Shown: positions 45,926 to 56,600 of the stretch, piece after piece
How the letters are laid out: each line of letters opens with the position of its first letter
How positions within the stretch are numbered: position 1 is the first letter of the stretch
Source: a virus
Taxonomy: Duplodnaviria > Caudoviricetes
IMG/VR virus record: IMGVR_UViG_3300020045_001610
Span: 1-62,439 of that record
Length of the DNA: 62,439 bases
Direction: 5' to 3' (one strand)
Translations under genes and position numbers: made by a program
The notes under the pieces: model-generated
Databases searched by the model: none
The model's input: only the letters and a program-made list of their open reading frames with translations
Told to the model about the DNA's origin: nothing

Positions 45926-46309
45926 CTACTTAGCAATCTGGATATCTGGTAAAATTGCAGCCGGTTTGAAAACCACGCGATAGTGATATGGACTGGCGGC
46001 AACAGGTTCCATTTGTTCAGCAAAGTAAGTCACGTTGTCGGATAGGCCGAGATAGTGTTTCTTGTATGTAGACGCGCCGGTTTTGCATGTAACTCTAAGA
46101 GTCTTGTCACTTGGTTCCAGTGAACACAACCCTTCGACAGTCAGCATGTACTCGCCGGTAATACCGTTGTAAAACACAATACGCCGCATTACTTCAAACT
46201 GATCCGCTGCTTTGGATAGGTTTTGCGACACTACGTTTGCGTCGGTAGTACAACCTTGTATCCAGCAAAGACAACTTACAATCAATGTTAACACTACAAA
46301 CTTTTTCAT
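45926..46309 (-). CDS. phage lipoprotein
   Basis: IQGC lipobox; RRIVFYNGIT, KHYLGLSDNVTY. Confidence 0.75.
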   Translation of the reverse strand: MKKFVVLTLIVSCLCWIQGCTTDANVVSQNLSKAADQFEVMRRIVFYNGITGEYMLTVEGLCSLEPSDKTLRVTCKTGASTYKKHYLGLSDNVTYFAEQMEPVAASPYHYRVVFKPAAILPDIQIAK

Positions 46310-46497
46310 AAAGAACTCTCCTTTTAATTTATTTTACAGCTTGCCAAACAATTCATCAATCATTTCGCACCGGTCTTTACCATTCAGCGGCAACTTCAAA
46401 CCAACGCCAGTTTTGAGACATTTAAAAACAGCTTCGTCGCCGTACTTGCCGCAACAACCTTTGAAGTATTCGAGATATTTCTTGACTTGACCGCGCA

Positions 46498-47343
46498 TTA
46501 TTTTAACTCCCTGTTATAAAGATCACGTCCTGAACTTTTGAAGATAGCATCAGCGAGGTAGTTCCACCCGTCAACTTTTGGAATTGCTATTTCGCCAGAT
46601 AATCCAAAACGATTTTTTGCAACATAAGCAGGAGTTCTGTCTACGCCGAGCATTCTACCTTTATTTGCGCTTATTCCCTGACTGAAACTTTCACTTGTTT
46701 TTGACACAAACATTGGTTCAAATAAAAATCCTACCAAGTCTGCCCACTGGCATAATAGCTCTCGCTTACCTGACGTTTTATTATTCTTCGGAGAATGCAA
46801 CAACAAATCCCATTGCTGATATTCACCGCTCGTCGGGTCGAGAACCTTCGACGCAAATACATGACAAGGTATTACAATGTTAATTCCGGCGTAAGTTGCG
46901 AGATCATCACAGACGGATAAAAATTCATTGCAAAGTTCATTGGCGCGGTCATAAGCTTTGCCGTAACCACCAAGCGTACTTTCCATTGTGACACCTTTAG
47001 CATTGCCTGCTTTCCAACCTGGATCGGCCTGAACAATCTTGCTGTGAATCATACGCTCAAGCGCAGTGCCGGAATCAGGAATGATTGTCTTGTAGGCAAA
47101 TGTACCTTTCTGAGCCGCTGTAGTTATCTCTTTCATAAGACTCATAAGTTCGTCATAAGTCTTAATTAGAGGTGTCTTATTGCAGCTTATACCAGCAAAT
47201 CCTTGCTCAAGAGGAATCAGGAGCGGCTTTGGAGCGCCACAGGCTAGAGTGGTCTTCCCGCACCCCTCGACAGCCCCTATCACGACTCTTACGCCGGTTG
47301 TTGTCTGAAGGGTATGCGTTACTTGACTCAATAAATTACTCAT
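46498..47343 (-). CDS. AAA ATPase (AAA_24/Sak4-like)
   Basis: GAVEGCGKTT, IPDS, GGYGK, AKNR. Confidence 0.85.
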   Translation of the reverse strand: MSNLLSQVTHTLQTTTGVRVVIGAVEGCGKTTLACGAPKPLLIPLEQGFAGISCNKTPLIKTYDELMSLMKEITTAAQKGTFAYKTIIPDSGTALERMIHSKIVQADPGWKAGNAKGVTMESTLGGYGKAYDRANELCNEFLSVCDDLATYAGINIVIPCHVFASKVLDPTSGEYQQWDLLLHSPKNNKTSGKRELLCQWADLVGFLFEPMFVSKTSESFSQGISANKGRMLGVDRTPAYVAKNRFGLSGEIAIPKVDGWNYLADAIFKSSGRDLYNRELK

Positions 47344-47549
47344 TAGTTCGCCGCCTTTAGTCGTGGATCAGTTAGTTTAGGATCAAGTTTGTTAACAGCT
47401 TTAATAAAGCAGTAAATGCAAATGTCATCACCTAAATCTAAATTAATTTTAAGTTTGTTTTCAAAAGTAATTATATTTGGCATCAAAATATTTTCATCAA
47501 CTTCGCAACCGCAAACGTCACAGGTATATTCAGTTACTTGCTTTCGCAT
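47343..47549 (-). CDS. zinc-finger protein
   Basis: CDVCG...DICIYC. Confidence 0.6.
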   Translation of the reverse strand: MRKQVTEYTCDVCGCEVDENILMPNIITFENKLKINLDLGDDICIYCFIKAVNKLDPKLTDPRLKAAN

Positions 47550-47640
47550 TCTTTAGCTCCTGTAAAAGCACCGCGTCTAGTACATCTATAAACTGTGTAC
47601 GGATACATTATATTGCAACAACTCCACCAAGCTTCAGTTA

Positions 47641-47775
47641 TCATTCTTCACTCCCACTAAACAGACATTCACCATCAGGTAAACAGCGCTTATCGTGCGT
47701 TAAGTCAGTGCAGTTAGTCATACAATTAGCACACTTTCCGCAGGTATCTTTTTGGTCGCATTTGTCGCAGGTCGT
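47641..47775 (-). CDS. 44-aa Cys-rich ORF with ACG start
   Basis: GGAG-5-ACG; 8 Cys incl CxxCxxCxxxC; ATGA overlap downstream. Confidence 0.45.
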   Translation of the reverse strand, partial: TTCDKCDQKDTCGKCANCMTNCTDLTHDKRCLPDGECLFSGSEE

Positions 47776-47794
47776 AACAACTCCGAATAATAAT

Positions 47795-48030
<236 letters not shown>

Positions 48031-48049
<19 letters not shown>

Positions 48050-48366
48050 ACATCCTCCGAACAGCAGAGAGTTGCAATCACGTTAAGTTCGTTAAATTCA
48101 ACAGGCAAAGGGCATTTATCGAGAATTGTATTAGCAAGTGGTCCTTTTTCAGCAAGTTCACCAAGACCTTTCGTTGTTCCCCAACGACGAATTACGGCGG
48201 CTTTTTCAAGCTTGCAGGCAGTTCCTTCTTTGGAGAAGTAACCAATCATATTCCAGCCGCGAGGAAGAATTACAATTTTGATATTGCCAGTTGGTTGATA
48301 AGTTTGAACGCTATCAGCTCTTACGTATTTTGTGTCGTCAATAGTGATTGTTTCAGGCTTGCTCAT
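48031..48366 (-). CDS. DUF6948-like protein
   Basis: IRRWGTTKGLGELA..GP; family recalled as neighbour of Gly-repeat ORFs. Confidence 0.65.
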
Positions 48367-48389
48367 TTCATTCTCCTTTTAGTTTGATG

Positions 48390-49322
48390 TTACAAAAGTT
48401 CAAGTTGTTCAGCCGTCATATCAGCCTGATTACGAAAATGTTGAAAGGTGAGTATTCTTGGCTTTCTTAATGTCCCAAAAGCCTGATACTTAAAAGTAGC
48501 GATTGAATTTCTGTATTCTTCAAAATGATCGAAAATGTACTGAGCTTCTGAATGTTTCAACTTACCTATACCAAGTCTAATCTCACCCCATTTTTTGTTG
48601 TAGCCGATGAAGCCTCCGAGAGTTCCTGCTTTCACTTTACCAGCTTTGGCTGAGGATCGTTTGGTTCTGCCAAGTTCATCTTTGTAAGCCTCGTTGGTGT
48701 TCGTCATTTTTTCAAAGTAGCCAGTTATCCTGCATTCTTCGGTAACAAAAGGCTTGCGGCGAAGCAGGTAATGTTCTTTGAGCGTAGAACGACCGAACTT
48801 GTACTTGCCCATAAGTGAGCGTCCCATAGCACCTTCATAATCATTATCGAGGCACCATTTTTCAAAAACCATCCACTCTTCAAGGTTATTACAAAGGGCT
48901 TGCGGCAACAGCTTGATATGGTGTTTGGCTTCTTCAGGTATTGACTGAAATAGGACGGTAAGGCGCTTTAACCGTTCGTCAAAATTACACGTTTCGTTCC
49001 ATTTGTCAAATACCCAATAAACAAAATCAGGCTCGCCATCGAAAGAAGTTACGGCTGATTGAACCTCGTTAAAGCTGTGTGTTCCAGGCAGTTCGGGGTT
49101 TTCCAAATTGCGAAGTAACAGCTCGCCATCAAGACCTTCGACATAAAACTTTTTGAGAATGTTGTATATATAAACGTTTTCAATTGGTTTTAAACTATTT
49201 GTCAAAGGTTGATTGTCGTCTTCAGCGCAGCGGTAGCCGTCGCACTTGATGGAGCCATATAAAGGAAACTTTAGTTTGTCAAGATCTCTGTTTTTAACTG
49301 TTACTGGTTTCATAGGTTTCAT
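48390..49322 (-). CDS. ATP-dependent DNA ligase
   Basis: KCDGYR, LDGEL, VFD, YEGAM, YKFGRST. Confidence 0.9.
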   Translation of the reverse strand: MKPMKPVTVKNRDLDKLKFPLYGSIKCDGYRCAEDDNQPLTNSLKPIENVYIYNILKKFYVEGLDGELLLRNLENPELPGTHSFNEVQSAVTSFDGEPDFVYWVFDKWNETCNFDERLKRLTVLFQSIPEEAKHHIKLLPQALCNNLEEWMVFEKWCLDNDYEGAMGRSLMGKYKFGRSTLKEHYLLRRKPFVTEECRITGYFEKMTNTNEAYKDELGRTKRSSAKAGKVKAGTLGGFIGYNKKWGEIRLGIGKLKHSEAQYIFDHFEEYRNSIATFKYQAFGTLRKPRILTFQHFRNQADMTAEQLELL

Positions 49323-49392
49323 TTTGTTCGCCTTTCTGTGTTACAAGATGATTCTTTATCTCATACTACGTTTTTGATTGTCAAGGGTTATT

Positions 49393-50052
49393 TTAAAGAT
49401 CGTCAAAAATAACTGGAATAAGTTTCTTAAATTCAGCAAGTGCTGGATACATTAAATATTGCATTGATTCATCAGCATGACTATCTGCACGTTGTTTGAA
49501 TATATGTCGTAATTCTTCAAGATTTGCCGTAATCTCTACTTCAGTTTTACAGTCGTTAGGAAGTACGCCGCGAGCGCGTTCGGGTTTCCAACCTTCTTCT
49601 ATTAATACTTTGTAACTATGTTCAGCTTGCAGCATTGAACTTAACCATATTGTAGCAGTGGTACTACCTTTAAAGTTGCTAAATGATTTAAATACACCCT
49701 CTTCAATTTCATCGTGAAGATAAAAAGGAATTACAATAACGAGTTCACCGTTATTCTTATTACTGTAATTGCAGTACCTCTGGCTCTCCTGAAGAAAATG
49801 AGCCAAACCATGACGCACGATTTGATGGCTTGTCGATCTACTACAAATAAGCTTCATACTTGCCTGCTCGTGCCGCAATACAGAAGTATGTTTCTTATTG
49901 TGAACCAGATCGTACATGAAATCATAATTTGATTTAGGCGAAGCCTTTTCAGGCTTGTAGCAGGTATTTGCCTTAGCTCGTAACCTGCTTAGAATATCAG
50001 CGCCGGAGCGCATTTCGGGATCAATTATGAAAGACGGTTTAACGAGTAGCAT
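49393..50052 (-). CDS. thyX: flavin-dependent thymidylate synthase
   Basis: SHQIVRH...QESQRY, ERARGVLPN, TANL. Confidence 0.85.
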   Translation of the reverse strand: MLLVKPSFIIDPEMRSGADILSRLRAKANTCYKPEKASPKSNYDFMYDLVHNKKHTSVLRHEQASMKLICSRSTSHQIVRHGLAHFLQESQRYCNYSNKNNGELVIVIPFYLHDEIEEGVFKSFSNFKGSTTATIWLSSMLQAEHSYKVLIEEGWKPERARGVLPNDCKTEVEITANLEELRHIFKQRADSHADESMQYLMYPALAEFKKLIPVIFDDL

Positions 50053-50578
50053 TTTGTTCCTCCTGATATTTAGTAGCTGCTAACTGGCAATAATGCGCGG
50101 CTTTATTAAAGTCAAGCATTTCTTGTCCTGGGCGCTGGTTCTTGCCAAAGCGGTTAAGATACTTTTTAGCCTGTTCGACAAGCTGTTTGCTGTCCCATTC
50201 GGACGCTTGATCTTCGCCCTTATCGCCGTATTGAGGCACAGTGTATTCTTCAATGTGGGTAAACACTTCATCTGCAAAGCAACTCCAATCGTTGCCGCGT
50301 TTGGAAACTGTTTTGCAATGAAAGGATTCTAAAAATTCAGAATCAGAACTGTTTAAAGTAATTGTTTCAATTTTCATTCCGCCTTCAAGCAAGACTCTTT
50401 CAGCAGCAACGTCACGATTAACTGCACAATCTTCGGTAAAGTTATCATTTTTAAATATATGATTTTTTAAAGATTCAACTCTCGCGCCGGTTTCTGAAAT
50501 AAGTTGCATTTCGGCTTTTAGCAAACTAGCACATTCAAGCAGACGTTCGAGTTCTTCAACGCTGTAAATTTTACTCAT
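50039..50578 (-). CDS. protein with DUF3310-like C-terminal domain
   Basis: KYLNRFGK...D.NKAAHY. Confidence 0.5.
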   Translation of the reverse strand: MSKIYSVEELERLLECASLLKAEMQLISETGARVESLKNHIFKNDNFTEDCAVNRDVAAERVLLEGGMKIETITLNSSDSEFLESFHCKTVSKRGNDWSCFADEVFTHIEEYTVPQYGDKGEDQASEWDSKQLVEQAKKYLNRFGKNQRPGQEMLDFNKAAHYCQLAATKYQEEQNATR

Positions 50579-51016
50579 TTAAAACTCCTTACCTCCATGA
50601 CGATACGCTCTACCTTTATTATATTCAGATTTGGCAATGATTGCTTCGGCAATCCTCAGACCCTTTGCCGCGCCATAATCCATTATACGAATGATTACGT
50701 CAGCAAGCTCTGCTTCAGAGCCTTTGAACTCAGGTATGTGGGAATCGGGCGGATTGCCGTGGCGAAGTGCTTCAAGACATTCTGAAAGTTCAGAGTGCAT
50801 AAGAGCAATCATTTCGCCGTCATTTCTGTCACCTTCCCACCAACCTTTTTCAATTGCATTTTGGTTGATTTCAGCGGCTTTGATGTTGAACATTGTAACA
50901 AAATCTATTATACCTGTGTCTTTTTTGCCGCAGTTACATTCGTGATAGTTGTGTCGCGTCATCGCAAGAACTTCGGGATCATTTAAACTTAGCGCGTCAG
51001 TTCGGCAGTTGCTCAT
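50579..51016 (-). CDS. MazG-like NTP pyrophosphohydrolase
   Basis: HSELSECLE...ELADVIIR...YN..R. Confidence 0.85.
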   Translation of the reverse strand: MSNCRTDALSLNDPEVLAMTRHNYHECNCGKKDTGIIDFVTMFNIKAAEINQNAIEKGWWEGDRNDGEMIALMHSELSECLEALRHGNPPDSHIPEFKGSEAELADVIIRIMDYGAAKGLRIAEAIIAKSEYNKGRAYRHGGKEF

Positions 51017-51108
51017 TTATTTTTCCCCTTTGCAACAGGTTTAGCAAATCCAAACTTCAAGTCAAATGCTTCGCGTTCTTCTTTTTGCTTTGCTGTTTCT
51101 TTCATTTG

Positions 51109-51291
51109 TCACTCCTTTATTTTGGCTGGTATGAAGTCAATTCGTTCGGTTTTACCATTATATCTATTAGCACAAGCTATAGCGGAACCTTTATTAGCAT
51201 ACGCTTTTACAGCACGACCTGAATTGTCAAACGCTATGTATACACAATCTACAGTGGAAGTTGTAATCGGATATTTTTTTCTAACATTCAT
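51109..51291 (-). CDS. hypothetical protein
   Basis: ORF in operon. Confidence 0.5.
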   Translation of the reverse strand: MNVRKKYPITTSTVDCVYIAFDNSGRAVKAYANKGSAIACANRYNGKTERIDFIPAKIKE

Positions 51292-51470
51292 ACTTCAGTT
51301 AGCTCGTCAACAAAAACTTCAATGACACATACTGAAAAGTTTTCAGGTTTATCGTCAAGCTTAATAAAGCATAAACCTGCTTTTCTATGACAAGGGTGTA
51401 AAACTTCGTTAAGTTCTTCAACTGTTGCAAGTCCAAATTTTTTATGTCTTACTCTTGTGCCGGTTTTCAT
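51288..51470 (-). CDS. hypothetical protein (SH3-like)
   Basis: GTRVRHKKFGLATV. Confidence 0.5.
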   Translation of the reverse strand: MKTGTRVRHKKFGLATVEELNEVLHPCHRKAGLCFIKLDDKPENFSVCVIEVFVDELTEV

Positions 51471-51481
51471 AGTAGGTTCCT

Positions 51482-51694
51482 TTATACAGCGCAAGCTGCG
51501 TTATTTTTAAGATGTGCTATTTTACGTTCAAGTATCGAAATCGAACCTTGCAAGCGGCGAACGGTTTCTTTTTCAGAGGACAAATACTCAATGACTCGCA
51601 AAGCTTGTTCGTCGGTTACAGTATGCTTAAATTCAGCAAGCCAATTAATTGCTTCTTCGTAGTTACTTATTAAACATTCGTCGCGTCTGGGCAT
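51482..51694 (-). CDS. hypothetical protein
   Basis: AAAGGA RBS. Confidence 0.55.
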   Translation of the reverse strand: MPRRDECLISNYEEAINWLAEFKHTVTDEQALRVIEYLSSEKETVRRLQGSISILERKIAHLKNNAACAV

Positions 51695-51726
51695 TTGCTT
51701 TCCTTTCAGTTCGTTTTGTGAAATGC

Positions 51727-51828
51727 ACCTTACACGCTACTTTTTTAACAGTCAAGTGAAAAATGTATACTTTTGTCAATTTTTTTAACATTTATTCGCT
51801 TGACGTTTTGTAAACACTGTGCTAGGTT
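51727..51828. promoter_or_regulatory. divergent promoter pair
   Basis: leftward TTGACT-17-TAAGGT (51755-51727); rightward TTGACG-17-TAGGTT (51800-51828). Confidence 0.65.
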
Positions 51829-51856
51829 TCGCTCACAATTTGCTGAAGGAGAAAGT

Positions 51857-52063
51857 ATGATTACCCACAAATTACGAGATAAAACATTGAAGTTATTGAG
51901 GGAACGCAAGGCTAACGTTAAGCTTTCAGACATATCTGAAATTACAGACTTACCTTTAACTTGGTTAAAGAAGTTTTGTTACGAAGGTGACGACATTTGC
52001 CCGTCAGTTTCGTATATAGAAACTCTTTATGAATTTCTGACTAATAAGAAGTTGAAGATATGA
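51857..52063 (+). CDS. HTH (Cro-like) protein
   Basis: LSDISEITDLPLTWLKKF...PSV. Confidence 0.7.
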   Translation: MITHKLRDKTLKLLRERKANVKLSDISEITDLPLTWLKKFCYEGDDICPSVSYIETLYEFLTNKKLKI

Positions 52064-52245
52064 CTCAACATCACGACCTACGCTTCCACGTTATCCGCGA
52101 CAAATCCAACAAAAGCGAAATGGTTTACAGCTTTGACGGCGAACGTTGCCACGTATGCAATATGCCAACTGAAGTTGGCGCTGATCCGTCGCGTCGGTAT
52201 TGTAGCAACAGTAAATGTAATGCTTTGATTATTTTGGAGGTATAA
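52060..52245 (+). CDS. zinc-ribbon protein
   Basis: CHVC...CSNSKC. Confidence 0.55.
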   Translation: MTQHHDLRFHVIRDKSNKSEMVYSFDGERCHVCNMPTEVGADPSRRYCSNSKCNALIILEV

Positions 52246-52412
52246 TGATTAAGAAACTAGCTTTAGCATTCTTGGTTTGTTTGGTACTGAATGTAATTGC
52301 ATCTGCTGTAAACATATTTGCAAAGTATTACTTTGATTGGTTTCTTAACTCGTCATTCTTCTTTGCTGGTATGATTTACGAATGGTATTTAATAAAGAAA
52401 TTGGAGTTGTGA
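52245..52412 (+). CDS. small membrane protein (55 aa)
   Basis: GGAGG RBS; manual ORF. Confidence 0.5.
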   Translation: MIKKLALAFLVCLVLNVIASAVNIFAKYYFDWFLNSSFFFAGMIYEWYLIKKLEL

Positions 52413-53252
52413 ATGAAAGTCCTTTCTTTATTTGACGGCATCTCTTGTGGGAAACTTGCGCTGGATCGCGCCGGTATTAACGTAAGTCATTACGTCGCTT
52501 GCGAAATTGACAAATACGCAATTCAAGTTAGTAAAGCAAACCATAAAGATATTGAACACATAGGTGACGTTACTAAACTGACATTTCAACCAGATTATTT
52601 TGATTTACTTATCGGCGGTTCGCCTTGCCAAGGGTTTTCATTTGCAGGTAAAGGTTTAAATTTTGAAGACGAACGAAGTAAACTGTTCTTTGAATACGTT
52701 AGGATTTTAAACGAAGTAAAACCTGAATACTTTTTGCTTGAAAATGTAGTAATGAAACAAGAATTTCAAGACGTTATTTCTGGTTATTTGGGTGTAAAAC
52801 CAATTAAAATCAATAGTTCACTACTAAGTGCTCAGAACAGAGAACGTCTTTACTGGACAAATATACTGAACGTAGCACAACCGGAAGATAAAGGTATTGT
52901 TTTATCAGATATATTGGAAACGGATTATAGCTTTAAACTTTATATCAAGATGAATAAAATTAAGAATTGTCATACCAAAGCAGGTTGTTTGCATGGAACT
53001 GCTAACGCAGCGGGTAATCATTCACAAATGGATGTTATTGTAAAAGATAACGAAGTTGTACCTCTAACAAGTACAGGTAGAATTGACATTCATATTAATC
53101 CTAACGTTCGTAGATACAACATAGTTGAATGCGAGCGACTTCAAACACTACCTGACGGTTACACAAAATCAGTTTCACCTTCTCAAGCGCATAAGCAAAT
53201 AATAAACGGTTGGACTGTTGATGTAATTGCTCATATTTTATCATTTATTTAA
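52413..53252 (+). CDS. C5 DNA cytosine methyltransferase
   Basis: FDGISCG, GSPCQGFS, ENV, QNRER, ECERLQ. Confidence 0.9.
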   Translation: MKVLSLFDGISCGKLALDRAGINVSHYVACEIDKYAIQVSKANHKDIEHIGDVTKLTFQPDYFDLLIGGSPCQGFSFAGKGLNFEDERSKLFFEYVRILNEVKPEYFLLENVVMKQEFQDVISGYLGVKPIKINSSLLSAQNRERLYWTNILNVAQPEDKGIVLSDILETDYSFKLYIKMNKIKNCHTKAGCLHGTANAAGNHSQMDVIVKDNEVVPLTSTGRIDIHINPNVRRYNIVECERLQTLPDGYTKSVSPSQAHKQIINGWTVDVIAHILSFI

Positions 53253-53283
53253 AATTCAATTTAATATATACAAGGCGGGATTA

Positions 53284-55620
53284 ATGGAACGCTATGTACC
53301 TGAAGAACTCCGCATTAAAATGCCGTGGATATTATGGCAGTCACGTCAAGATTCACCTGATACAAAAGCTACTAAATTACCAATTGACCCTTACACAGGC
53401 CGGTTAGCTTCAGTTACAAATTCTGCAACTTGGGGCGCTTTTGAGCTTTGCTACAGCATAAAGCATTGCGCTACAGGTATGGGTATAGTCTTGCTCAAAG
53501 CGTTGGGTTACACCTGCATTGACCTGGACGAGACAGACGATCCCGTTGAACAAGCACGTCATCAAGCTATCATTAAAGCGTTCAACTCATACACCGAATA
53601 CTCACAATCTGGAAAAGGGTATCATATATGGGTTCGCGGCGTAGTTCTAATGGGTAGACGACGCGGTAAAGTTGAGATGTATTCAGACGGAAGATACATG
53701 GCGACAACTGGCAACGTATTTTTAGACGTACCAATACGTGAATGCCAAGAACTTCTAATGAGTTTATGGGATGAACTGGAAGTTAAAGAAAAGATAACAT
53801 CGGATATAGATAACCCTGAAGTTCATACCGACACTGAGGTTTTGACGTTTGCTTCCAGCGCAGCGAACGGACAGAAATTTATTGATCTTTGGGAAGGTCG
53901 GTGGCAACTGTACTATGACGATGAAGTTACAAAAGTAAGTTGCAACGAAGCAGATTTCGCACTTATAAATATTTTGGCCCACTACACTCAAAACAGAAAT
54001 CAAATTACACGTTTGTTTTTAAGTTCTGCGTTAGGAAAGCGTGAAAAAGCAAAACGCACTCAATACGTAGGCTACATGTTAAGTCGCGCCTTTGACAGAA
54101 TTCCGCCACCTTTAGACTTATCGGCGCTTCACGCCAATCTCGAATTACAACTTCAGGCTTCGAGAATTAAGCCTGAGTCGGTTATTGCGCCACAACCCAT
54201 AGCACCGGAGCCTGTTAAGCACGTTGAGCATCATAGCAAGCCTCAGAAACATTCAAAAAACGATATATCTGGATTTACATATACAGTACCCCCAGGGCTG
54301 TGCGGCGAGCTCGCTATGTTTATTCACAATGCTGCACCCCGTCCGGTTCCTGAGATTGCGATTGCCGGTGCAATTGGATTAATGAGTGGTATTTGTGGAC
54401 GTAGTTATAATGTAAGTGGAACTGGGCTTAATAATTATATATTTTTGTTAGCCAAAACCGGACGGGGCAAAGAGGCGATGGGTTCTGGAATTGGTAAATT
54501 AATAAACGCCGTAGTTAAGACTGTTCCAGCAGCTACAGCTTTTTCAGGGCCGAGTAAAATTGCATCTTCCGAAGCACTTTTAAAATATATTTCTAAAACG
54601 TCAAAATGTTTCTTATCTATAATGGGTGAGTTTGCTGATAGTTTGAAACGTATGTCTAACGACAGTAGAAACCCTGTTCAACAGGGAGTTCGACAAGTCA
54701 TGCTCGATCTTTATAATAAGTCTGGAAATGGAAATATTTTAGGTAATTTAATTTATTCAGATAAAGATAAAAACACCGAAGTTATAACCGCACCGGCATT
54801 TTCTATTTTAGGAGAAGCTACTCCTGAAAAGTTTTATGAATTATTATCCAAAGATATGATAACTGAAGGTTTACTTCCCAGGTTTTGTATTATTGAATAC
54901 AGTGGCCACAGAGTACAGTTAAACAAAGAACATCACAAAGCAATCCCTTCGCAACAGTTAACAGACCGTTTTGCAGCTTTGTGCACCTATTCCCTACAGT
55001 TAAACAATGGTGACAATTCTTTGGATGTTGTTTTAGATTCAGACGCTCAACGGTTGTTTGACGAATTTGATATGTACTGTGACAAAAAGATAAATAGTGG
55101 AAGTGAGATAAATCAAGAACTTTGGAACAGAGCACATATAAAAGCGTTAAAAATGGCGGCGTTACTGGCAGTTGGTTGTAACTACATTCAGCCGGTAGTT
55201 AACGCCGAATGTGCAAATTGGGCTTTAAATCTAGTAATTAACGATGTTAAAAATATACTCAGTCGTTTTGAATCAGGTGAAGTAGGTTTACCACAAGTAC
55301 AGAATGAACAATTTATTGACATCTACAAGGCATTTAAAAAGTATATGAAAGAGGATTGGCAAGCGGTTAACAAATACGTAGGCGCTTCGCTAATTACTCA
55401 CGAAAATCATTTGGTTCCGCATAGCTTTATAACAGCACATTGTAGGAATAAAGCTTCTTTTAAATCTGATCGACTAGGGCCAGTTAACGCAGTTAAGACA
55501 ATACTTCAGTCAATGATTGAGTCGGGTGATATTCAAGAAGTAAGTCCTTTGGATAAACAAAAATATAACCTTCCAAAGAACGGCAAAATTTATGCTCTTT
55601 TGAATTTGAGTTTAATATAA
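53284..55620 (+). CDS. primase-polymerase fused to DUF3987-like ATPase/helicase
   Basis: IDLD, EYSQSGKGYH, EMY; AKTGRGKE, GLLPRF. Confidence 0.85.
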   Translation: MERYVPEELRIKMPWILWQSRQDSPDTKATKLPIDPYTGRLASVTNSATWGAFELCYSIKHCATGMGIVLLKALGYTCIDLDETDDPVEQARHQAIIKAFNSYTEYSQSGKGYHIWVRGVVLMGRRRGKVEMYSDGRYMATTGNVFLDVPIRECQELLMSLWDELEVKEKITSDIDNPEVHTDTEVLTFASSAANGQKFIDLWEGRWQLYYDDEVTKVSCNEADFALINILAHYTQNRNQITRLFLSSALGKREKAKRTQYVGYMLSRAFDRIPPPLDLSALHANLELQLQASRIKPESVIAPQPIAPEPVKHVEHHSKPQKHSKNDISGFTYTVPPGLCGELAMFIHNAAPRPVPEIAIAGAIGLMSGICGRSYNVSGTGLNNYIFLLAKTGRGKEAMGSGIGKLINAVVKTVPAATAFSGPSKIASSEALLKYISKTSKCFLSIMGEFADSLKRMSNDSRNPVQQGVRQVMLDLYNKSGNGNILGNLIYSDKDKNTEVITAPAFSILGEATPEKFYELLSKDMITEGLLPRFCIIEYSGHRVQLNKEHHKAIPSQQLTDRFAALCTYSLQLNNGDNSLDVVLDSDAQRLFDEFDMYCDKKINSGSEINQELWNRAHIKALKMAALLAVGCNYIQPVVNAECANWALNLVINDVKNILSRFESGEVGLPQVQNEQFIDIYKAFKKYMKEDWQAVNKYVGASLITHENHLVPHSFITAHCRNKASFKSDRLGPVNAVKTILQSMIESGDIQEVSPLDKQKYNLPKNGKIYALLNLSLI

Positions 55621-56478
55621 ATCAGTGTCGTCAATTGAAATATGTTCAATTGGAAATTCAGCAAGCATTAACTCTTCTTTTTGTTTTCTTATGGTTTCTT
55701 GTCTCTTTATAACTGAAGCAGCTTTCTTTTCCTTACCTTCAGGCGTGTTCCAAAATTCTTTTATTGCAGCGGCTCTTTTAGCTACCGTTTCAGGGGATTG
55801 TGGTTTTGTTTTCTTGCCTTTTTGCCAAGCACTCTTTTTAGCTAAGGTTTCAGGTGAATCTTTTCTACCAATGTTATTTTTAGCCATTTCATAGCAGCGT
55901 TCAATTGCGCCTGGGGTTGCAGGTCTTCCAGTTGCGGCTATTACCATCTTATCTCTTGACTCTCTAGTATGCTGTTTTCCAGTAAAGCCAATTTTACGTT
56001 TATTTTTAACTTCTTCGCTTGCATTCAAAGCGTTAATTCTTCGTTTTTCCCTTGTTATTTCTGTTACAGGAGGTCTTTTCTTTGCCGATTCACTCATTCT
56101 ATTGCAAATTTCAGCATTTCTTTTCTTACCTGTATTTTTAAGTCTTATTTTTTCACGAGTTTCTTCGGTAACTGTTCTTGTACTTAAACCTAATCCACCT
56201 AGGGAATGATTGGTTAAATTTGCGCCTAAAGACCTCATATAAGCAATCCAAAATATTTCAGCTTCAGGCCATTCACTAAAATGATTTAAAGTTTCCAAAA
56301 TAATAATTTCAGGTTTATTCGGTTTTAAAGACCTAATCCAATTTGCACAGTATGTTCTACGGTTAGGATTGTCGTGGCAATGAGCATAAAGCCTAAGTCC
56401 AATATCTACCGATTTTCCAACATATCTAACTTCCGATGTAAATGGATCAAGTAACGCATAAATATGGGTAGGTTTCAT
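55612..56478 (-). CDS. GIY-YIG homing endonuclease with NUMOD3-like repeats
   Basis: HIYAL...YVGKS...R, E..WI, LTN; repeated ETREKI. Confidence 0.85.
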   Translation of the reverse strand: MKPTHIYALLDPFTSEVRYVGKSVDIGLRLYAHCHDNPNRRTYCANWIRSLKPNKPEIIILETLNHFSEWPEAEIFWIAYMRSLGANLTNHSLGGLGLSTRTVTEETREKIRLKNTGKKRNAEICNRMSESAKKRPPVTEITREKRRINALNASEEVKNKRKIGFTGKQHTRESRDKMVIAATGRPATPGAIERCYEMAKNNIGRKDSPETLAKKSAWQKGKKTKPQSPETVAKRAAAIKEFWNTPEGKEKKAASVIKRQETIRKQKEELMLAEFPIEHISIDDTDLY

Positions 56479-56600
56479 TAATCACCTCTAATTTATAATG
56501 GATTTGACAATTTGTAAATGAGATATAGCATTACCGCAAGTACAAGTCAACCGAAATAAATTGTTAGGTAATTACAAGCAGTTAAGGTAACCACCGAAAG

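Noticed and set aside
51727-52063. Lysogeny switch
   Set aside because: no CI-like repressor, integrase or partition genes seen in the window
54915-55004. Three CAGTTAA copies in the primase gene
   Set aside because: explained by Gln-Leu codons; not 18-19 bp phased
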